Shown: one piece after another, positions 59,260 through 64,000 of the stretch | How the letters are laid out: every line of letters begins with the position of its first letter | Position numbering within the stretch: the stretch's first letter is position 1 | Assembly: GCA_049323635.1 (NCBI GenBank) | Contig: JBMONS010000035.1 | Coordinates: 2,744 to 66,743 of the forward strand | Length of the DNA: 64,000 nucleotides | Reading direction: 5' to 3' | Origin: Thermodesulfobacteriota bacterium | GTDB taxonomy: Bacteria > Desulfobacterota > Desulfobulbia > Desulfobulbales > Desulfurivibrionaceae | Notes under the pieces: model-generated | What the model saw: only the letters and a program-made list of their open reading frames with translations | Databases searched by the model: none | What the model was told of the DNA's origin: nothing | Translations under genes and position numbers: made by a program

Positions 59260-60354
59260 ATGTATCACGCCCTTGACCGCCTTCGCCATGGACTCGGCCA
59301 CCGCCGCCTGGATGCCCTCCTGGTCACCCAACCGGACAACCGCCGCTTTCTGAGCGGCTACACGGCCATCGACCACGCCATCAACGAGAGCGCCGGGGTG
59401 CTGTTGATCCCCAGGAGCGGCGACCCGTTCCTGCTCACCGATTCCCGGTTCGAACTTCAGGCCAGGGAGGAGGCGAAGGACTTTGCCGTCAAGCTCTATC
59501 CGCGCGGCCTTTTCCCCCTGCTGCGCTCACTGCTCAGGAAACTCAAGATCAAGCGCCTTGGCTTCGAGAGCCACTACTTTCTTCACGCCACAGCCCAGCG
59601 GTTGAGCGCGCTGGCGGAGAAGCTCACGGTGGAACTGGTTCCCCTCAGCGGGGTGGTGGAAGAGCTGCGGCTGGTCAAGACCGGAGAGGAACTCGCCAAG
59701 ATCGAAAAATCGGTACGCCTCAACGAGCGGGTGTTCCAGGAGGTGTACCGCACGTTGCAGCCGGGGCAGACAGAAAGAGCCGTGGCGCGGGCCATCGAGA
59801 ACGCCATGTACGCCATGGGCGCCGAGCGACCCTCCTTCGACACCATCGTGGCCAGCGGCCCCAACGCGGCCCTGCCCCACGCCACCCCCTCCAACCGCCA
59901 GATCCAGCAGGGCGAGACCATCGTTATCGACATGGGGCTGATTCTGGATGGCTACTGCTCGGACATGACCCGCACCGTGGTGCTGGGAACCCCGGACGAG
60001 CGCACCGTCTCCCTCTTCCGCCTGGTGCGACGCGCCCAGCTGGCCGGGCTTTCCAGCCTGCGGGCCGGAGTTTCCGGCATGGCGGTGGACAAAATCGCCC
60101 GCGGCGTCATCGAACAGGCGGGCCTGGGCGAGCGCTTCGGCCACGGCCTGGGCCATGGAGTCGGCCTCAACGTCCACGAAGGGCCATCGCTCAACTGGCG
60201 CAACCGCAAGCCGCTGCAAAGCGGCATGGTGGTCACCGTCGAGCCGGGAGTCTACCTGCCGGGCTGGGGCGGCATCCGCCTGGAGAACATGGCGGTGATC
60301 GAGGAACACGGTTGCCGCATACTGAACCAGGACACCACCTGCCTCGATTTCTAG
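59260..60354 (+). CDS. M24-family Xaa-Pro aminopeptidase/dipeptidase
   Basis: Creatinase-like N-domain (LDALLVTQPDNRRFLSGY) and pita-bread metal ligands (VIDMG...DGYCSDMTRT, HGLGHGVGLNVHEGP, VTVEPGVY, IRLEN). Confidence 0.85.
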   Translation: MYHALDRLRHGLGHRRLDALLVTQPDNRRFLSGYTAIDHAINESAGVLLIPRSGDPFLLTDSRFELQAREEAKDFAVKLYPRGLFPLLRSLLRKLKIKRLGFESHYFLHATAQRLSALAEKLTVELVPLSGVVEELRLVKTGEELAKIEKSVRLNERVFQEVYRTLQPGQTERAVARAIENAMYAMGAERPSFDTIVASGPNAALPHATPSNRQIQQGETIVIDMGLILDGYCSDMTRTVVLGTPDERTVSLFRLVRRAQLAGLSSLRAGVSGMAVDKIARGVIEQAGLGERFGHGLGHGVGLNVHEGPSLNWRNRKPLQSGMVVTVEPGVYLPGWGGIRLENMAVIEEHGCRILNQDTTCLDF

Positions 60355-60410
60355 CTCGGCGCGGGCAAGGACTCCCCGCCCCAAAAGCGCTGTCTCCCCA
60401 GCACGACAAC

Positions 60411-60683
60411 CTACCCCGCCTGTCGGCAGGCAGCCAAGGCCACCAGACTGCCGAACATCCACTCGTTGGGGAAAAGGTCGAGTGGCACCTGCTCGGCCCC
60501 CATCTCGCGGGCCGCCTCATGTCGAGCGCATTGGGCAAAATCGCCCCGACAGTACAGGGAGAGGAAATGGTCGAGCAATTCGCCCTCGCCGCCGACAAGC
60601 GTGGCAAGGAAAGGGCACTGTTCCAGCATGGCGCACTCTTGCATGGCAAACTCCGGATGAAGGGGTGACACATCACCCGACAC
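60411..60683 (-). CDS. hypothetical small Cys-containing protein
   Basis: A 90-codon ORF (possibly starting at MQECAM, 60644) downstream of and co-directional with the HD-GYP gene. I recognise no family, and its coding status is uncertain. Confidence 0.35.
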   Translation of the reverse strand: MSGDVSPLHPEFAMQECAMLEQCPFLATLVGGEGELLDHFLSLYCRGDFAQCARHEAAREMGAEQVPLDLFPNEWMFGSLVALAACRQAG

Positions 60684-60760
60684 TTTACCCAGTCGCGCCT
60701 GTGATTCCTATGGGGAGAAGCCGGTAAAGATGAATGGGGAGATCTCCCCATTCTGTCGCT

Positions 60761-62005
60761 TCAGAGAATGCCCAGCACCTTGAGCGGATTGATCCGCCAG
60801 CGCTGGACCGACTCGTAGCCGACGATGCGGTCGCCTCCCCCCTTGCCATCCGGCCGGGAAAGATCGATGTCCCGCTCATGCACCGGCCACTCGTGCCGGG
60901 TATCGTAGATCACCCGCACCACCGGCCGGAGCAGGTTGCCGGTGGACTCCACCACGACCCCGATAAGGCCGCTCTCCAGCTGCACCAGGGTTCCCACCGG
61001 ATAGATGCCGATACAGCGGATGAAACGGTGCACCAGCGCCTCGTTGAAATGATCCTGCCGCCAACCGTAGATACGGCGCAGCACCTCCACCCGGTCGATA
61101 CCGTTGCGATAGCAGCGGTCCGAGGTCAGGGCGTCGAAGACATCGGCAATTGCCGCCATCTGCCCCCCCAGACTGATTCCTTTCCCAGCCAGGCCATGGG
61201 GATAGCCGGTGCCGTCGAATCGCTCGTGGTGTTCGGTGGCGATGCGGACCACATCCATGGGGATGTTATGGGTGGTGGTCAGGATATCCTGGCAGCGAAC
61301 CACGTGCTCCTTCATCCGCAGGTACTCGTCATCGTTGAGCGCCCCGGGCTTGTTGAGAATCTCCAGGGGCACCGCCATCTTGCCCACGTCATGGAGCAGG
61401 CCGCCAAGCCCGATGGAGCGGGTGGTTTCATCGTCCAGCCCCATGGAACGGCAGAGGGCCAGCAGCAACACCCCCACGCTCACCGAGTGGTCGAAGGTGT
61501 ACTCGTCCCGCTTGCGCAACTGCATCAGCACCAGGAGCGCGTCCCGATTCTGCTGCACGGAGCTGTCCAGCCCCGCCACCGCCACCCGCGCCTCTTCGGT
61601 GCGGATCCTGCCGCCGGCCTGCACCGTGGCGAGGATGTTTCGGGCCGCCCGGTGCGCCTGAATCCGGACCTGCCTCGCCCGGGCAAGCTCATGCCGCAAC
61701 GGCACCCGCCGCACCTGATAATCAAGCTGCAGCTCCTGGGCAAGCTCTTCCGACTCCCCTGGCGGCGATAACGCGGGAGCGGCAGGGGCATCGGCCACCG
61801 CAGGCCCGGCCTGCACCTCGCGCCCGGCGGCATCGAGATCGGCCACGTAGAGGGTGTTGACCCCCCACGACCTGAGCCGCTCAACCTCCTTGAGGGATTT
61901 GATCTCTTTACGATTGAATAGAAAGGGGTGATGGAGCCAGCCGCCACCGAAACGCTCTACGAACATCCCTGGACGCAACTCGTCGATGGATATCTTCTTC
62001 GGCAT
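60761..62005 (-). CDS. HD-GYP domain c-di-GMP phosphodiesterase-type protein
   Basis: HDVGKMAVP, EHHERFDGTGYPHGL (HD...GYP), and FDALTSDRCYR. The N-terminal ~130 aa resemble DUF3391 (MPKKISIDELRPGMFV). Confidence 0.9.
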   Translation of the reverse strand: MPKKISIDELRPGMFVERFGGGWLHHPFLFNRKEIKSLKEVERLRSWGVNTLYVADLDAAGREVQAGPAVADAPAAPALSPPGESEELAQELQLDYQVRRVPLRHELARARQVRIQAHRAARNILATVQAGGRIRTEEARVAVAGLDSSVQQNRDALLVLMQLRKRDEYTFDHSVSVGVLLLALCRSMGLDDETTRSIGLGGLLHDVGKMAVPLEILNKPGALNDDEYLRMKEHVVRCQDILTTTHNIPMDVVRIATEHHERFDGTGYPHGLAGKGISLGGQMAAIADVFDALTSDRCYRNGIDRVEVLRRIYGWRQDHFNEALVHRFIRCIGIYPVGTLVQLESGLIGVVVESTGNLLRPVVRVIYDTRHEWPVHERDIDLSRPDGKGGGDRIVGYESVQRWRINPLKVLGIL

Positions 62006-62137
62006 GGCTGCCCTCCGATGGCTCCGGCTTGGGCAGCCTGGAGTGGGGAGTGACTTTCAATCCATTCTCATTTACTATACGCCCAGTTCCACATCAGGGC
62101 AAGCCCCACCCGGCCACCTTCCGGAGACCCCAACCAT

Positions 62138-62917
62138 ATGCTTTCGCTCCCACGACACCCAGGCCGCCACCTGGTTCTTCTGTTGGCGCTGCTGCTTGCC
62201 CTGCCCGGCTGCTCGGCGCTCAAGCCCGACCAACCCGACTGCGACATCGCCTCCTCGTCACTTGCCCCCATGGGGCATGCCATCCAAGTGGGCGCCTTCC
62301 GCCTCCAGGAAAACGCCGTCCGCCTGACGGAACAGCTCAACCGCCAGGGCCTGGACGCCTACCACTTCCGCGAGCAGGGGGGGCTCTACAAGGTGCGGTT
62401 CGGGGACTTTCCAACGGAAAAAGAGGCGCGACGCCGAGCCGAACGGCTGCGCCAGACCGGGGCGATCACCGACTTTCTCCTGATCCCCCCGGCGGCACAG
62501 GGGGCTGCCAGGCCCTTCTGCCGGGAGCCGAACGAGATGCGGCGGATGCTGCTGCGTACCGCCGAAAGCATGCTGGGGATCCCCTACCAATGGGGCGGGG
62601 AGTCGATGGAGAGCGGCTTCGACTGCAGCGGCCTCACCATGACGGTCTACCGTTTAAACGGCCTCAGATTGCCCCGTCATTCCGTGGCCCAGTTCGAGGC
62701 AGGCCAGCCGGTGCATCGCCGGGAACTCCGCCCAGGCGATCTGGTCTTTTTTGCCACCAACGGCGGCGACACCGTCTCCCACGTGGGCATCTACGCCGGC
62801 AACGACCGCTTCATCCACGCTCCGGAGCAGGGCAAGTCCATCCAGTACGGCTCCCTGGCCAGCGACTACTTCGAGAGCCGGTTTCTCGGTGGCCGCACCT
62901 ACCTTGCCGGTGGCTGA
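62138..62917 (+). CDS. lipoprotein with a SPOR domain and an NlpC/P60 (C40) peptidoglycan endopeptidase domain
   Basis: Lipobox LALPGC. SPOR-like region: IQVGAFRLQENAVRLTEQL...YKVRFGDFPTEKEARR. C40 catalytic region: YQWGGES..GFDCSGLT...HVGIY. Confidence 0.85.
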   Translation: MLSLPRHPGRHLVLLLALLLALPGCSALKPDQPDCDIASSSLAPMGHAIQVGAFRLQENAVRLTEQLNRQGLDAYHFREQGGLYKVRFGDFPTEKEARRRAERLRQTGAITDFLLIPPAAQGAARPFCREPNEMRRMLLRTAESMLGIPYQWGGESMESGFDCSGLTMTVYRLNGLRLPRHSVAQFEAGQPVHRRELRPGDLVFFATNGGDTVSHVGIYAGNDRFIHAPEQGKSIQYGSLASDYFESRFLGGRTYLAGG

Positions 62918-62926
62918 TCCGCGTCA

Positions 62927-63349
62927 TTAGGCAGCCACCACCGCCGCCTGATTGCTCAGGAAAAGAGGCGAATCGGTAAGCGCCTTGAAGTCGTTGAAGT
63001 ACAGCCCGCCAAACTGATGGGTGCAGTGCGGACATCCCCGCAGCCACAGGATATGGTGCCGGTAGTTGAAACGGGAATGCCGTCGGGATATCCACTGGCT
63101 GCTGCAGCATTCGAAACAGTACAGCAAGGTCCACTCCTCGCCCAGCAGCGCCTCGGCGCACTCACGGCACACCGGCACCACCAGTTCCCGCACGCTGACC
63201 GCCTCCACCTCGTTCTGGGTGTAGCCAAAGGGCATGACCAGATAATCCACCGCCGGATAGTCCTCACGCCGGGTCTCGGGCCCGTGGTTCAGTTCACAGA
63301 ACTCGCCGGTCAGTTCAGCCAGAAGCTGGAGCCTGTCAATCTCGTTCAT
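62927..63349 (-). CDS. hypothetical Cys-rich (zinc-ribbon-like) protein
   Basis: 140 aa with CRECA, CFECC and CPHC pairs. I recognise no family. Confidence 0.5.
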   Translation of the reverse strand: MNEIDRLQLLAELTGEFCELNHGPETRREDYPAVDYLVMPFGYTQNEVEAVSVRELVVPVCRECAEALLGEEWTLLYCFECCSSQWISRRHSRFNYRHHILWLRGCPHCTHQFGGLYFNDFKALTDSPLFLSNQAAVVAA

Positions 63350-63563
63350 GGGGCCTCCTTCAGCCTGGGCAGGCTTATGGTTGGGACACGCTTGCAGCGA
63401 TTCCCTTGACCATCATATCGGCAGCCCCAATCGGTCTGATAACACCCATTTTGGGAAGAAACAGGATCTTTCTTGAATAAAAACAGTGCTCAAGAAAAAG
63501 AAGCGGGAACCGATAAGAAGCGTGGAAACGAAAGAAGACCCCTAAGAGGCGACGAGGCGTTCC

Positions 63564-63821
63564 ATGCTGAAATGGCGGATCAACAACATCATCCGGTGGC
63601 TGTGCCCGGAGTGCACCAAGGCCAACGCCCACCTTTTTCTGCTCTACCAGCATCAATGGCTGGGGGAGGAGACCGATGCAGAGGCGGCCTGCGACTGTTG
63701 CCGCTGCACCAGGACGCAAATCGAACGCTTCGGCAAGCTGCGCTGGCTGCTCTATCCCTTCCTGGGGCTCTTGCCGCGCTGGTGGCCCGCCCCGGCCAAG
63801 GCGATGCGTCGGGCGAAATAA
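63564..63821 (+). CDS. hypothetical small Cys-rich protein
   Basis: 85 aa with CPEC and CDCCRC motifs, a Trp/Leu-rich C-terminus, and a strong terminator downstream. Confidence 0.4.
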   Translation: MLKWRINNIIRWLCPECTKANAHLFLLYQHQWLGEETDAEAACDCCRCTRTQIERFGKLRWLLYPFLGLLPRWWPAPAKAMRRAK

Positions 63822-63838
63822 CAGGGACTCCAAACAAT

Positions 63839-63872
63839 AAAACTCCAGCCGGCATGACGCCGCTGGAGTTTT
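63839..63872. terminator. bidirectional rho-independent terminator
   Basis: AAAACTCCAGC-(12 nt loop)-GCTGGAGTTTT is a perfect 11-bp stem flanked by an A-run and a T-run. It lies between the small ORF (+) and tRNA-Arg (-). Confidence 0.75.
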
Positions 63873-63881
63873 CCGATGACA

Positions 63882-63958
63882 TGGCGCGCCCGGCAGGATT
63901 CGAACCTGCGACCATCGGCTTAGAAGGCCGGTGCTCTGTCCAGCTGAGCTACGGGCGC
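63882..63958 (-). tRNA. tRNA-Arg (anticodon UCU)
   Basis: The reverse complement is GCGCCCGTAGCTCAGCTGGACAGAGCACCGGCCTTCTAAGCCGATGGTCGCAGGTTCGAATCCTGCCGGGCGCGCCA. It forms a cloverleaf with a 7-bp acceptor stem, a GG D-loop, the anticodon loop CT-TCT-AA, a TTCGAAT T-loop and an encoded CCA. It is close to E. coli argU-type tRNA. Confidence 0.9.
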
Positions 63959-64000
63959 CCGGGCTTCCGATATTAGAACGATCACGGCCGGAAAGCAACA

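Overview
GC-rich bacterial chromosomal segment (about 63-66% GC by eye, with a few clearly AT-richer patches). It is densely coded, with about 55 genes, and comes from a didermic organism: it has a TonB-dependent receptor, OM beta-barrels, a GspG pseudopilin, lipoproteins and selA. I saw no CRISPR array, transposase, integrase or rRNA, and one tRNA (Arg-UCU, minus strand, 63882-63958). Housekeeping blocks are selA, a LOG-family gene, glgX, htpG, a GldA/F/G-like ABC exporter, an Mrp-type cation/H+ antiporter operon, an RRM protein plus DEAD-box helicase, topA, dprA, rpoD-dnaG and an M24 peptidase. The most unusual part is a roughly 19-kb signalling and exopolysaccharide supercluster (9.2-28.7 kb). 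On the minus strand it runs HDOD, two orphan periplasmic binding proteins, a TonB receptor, a sensor kinase, a hybrid kinase, STAS, an RsbW-like kinase, three TPR proteins (one fused to an OM barrel), a BcsA-like GT2 synthase lacking PilZ, and GH26. This run converges on a plus-strand, translationally coupled operon encoding a flavodiiron-like (ODP-type) sensor domain, a SpoIIE/PP2C phosphatase and a stand-alone PilZ protein. I read this as a possible gas/redox- and c-di-GMP-gated partner-switching circuit controlling a non-canonical synthase-dependent polysaccharide secretion system; this is a hypothesis, not a demonstrated function. Other points of interest are a low-GC single-gene island (AlbA_2/ATPase-like protein) next to a decayed wHTH remnant, an orphan gspG, an MrpA-less Mrp module, several Cys-rich small ORFs, and two perfect AT-rich palindromes in intergenic regions. 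Many very long ORFs in the six-frame track are antisense or alternate-frame artefacts of the high GC content and were not called.
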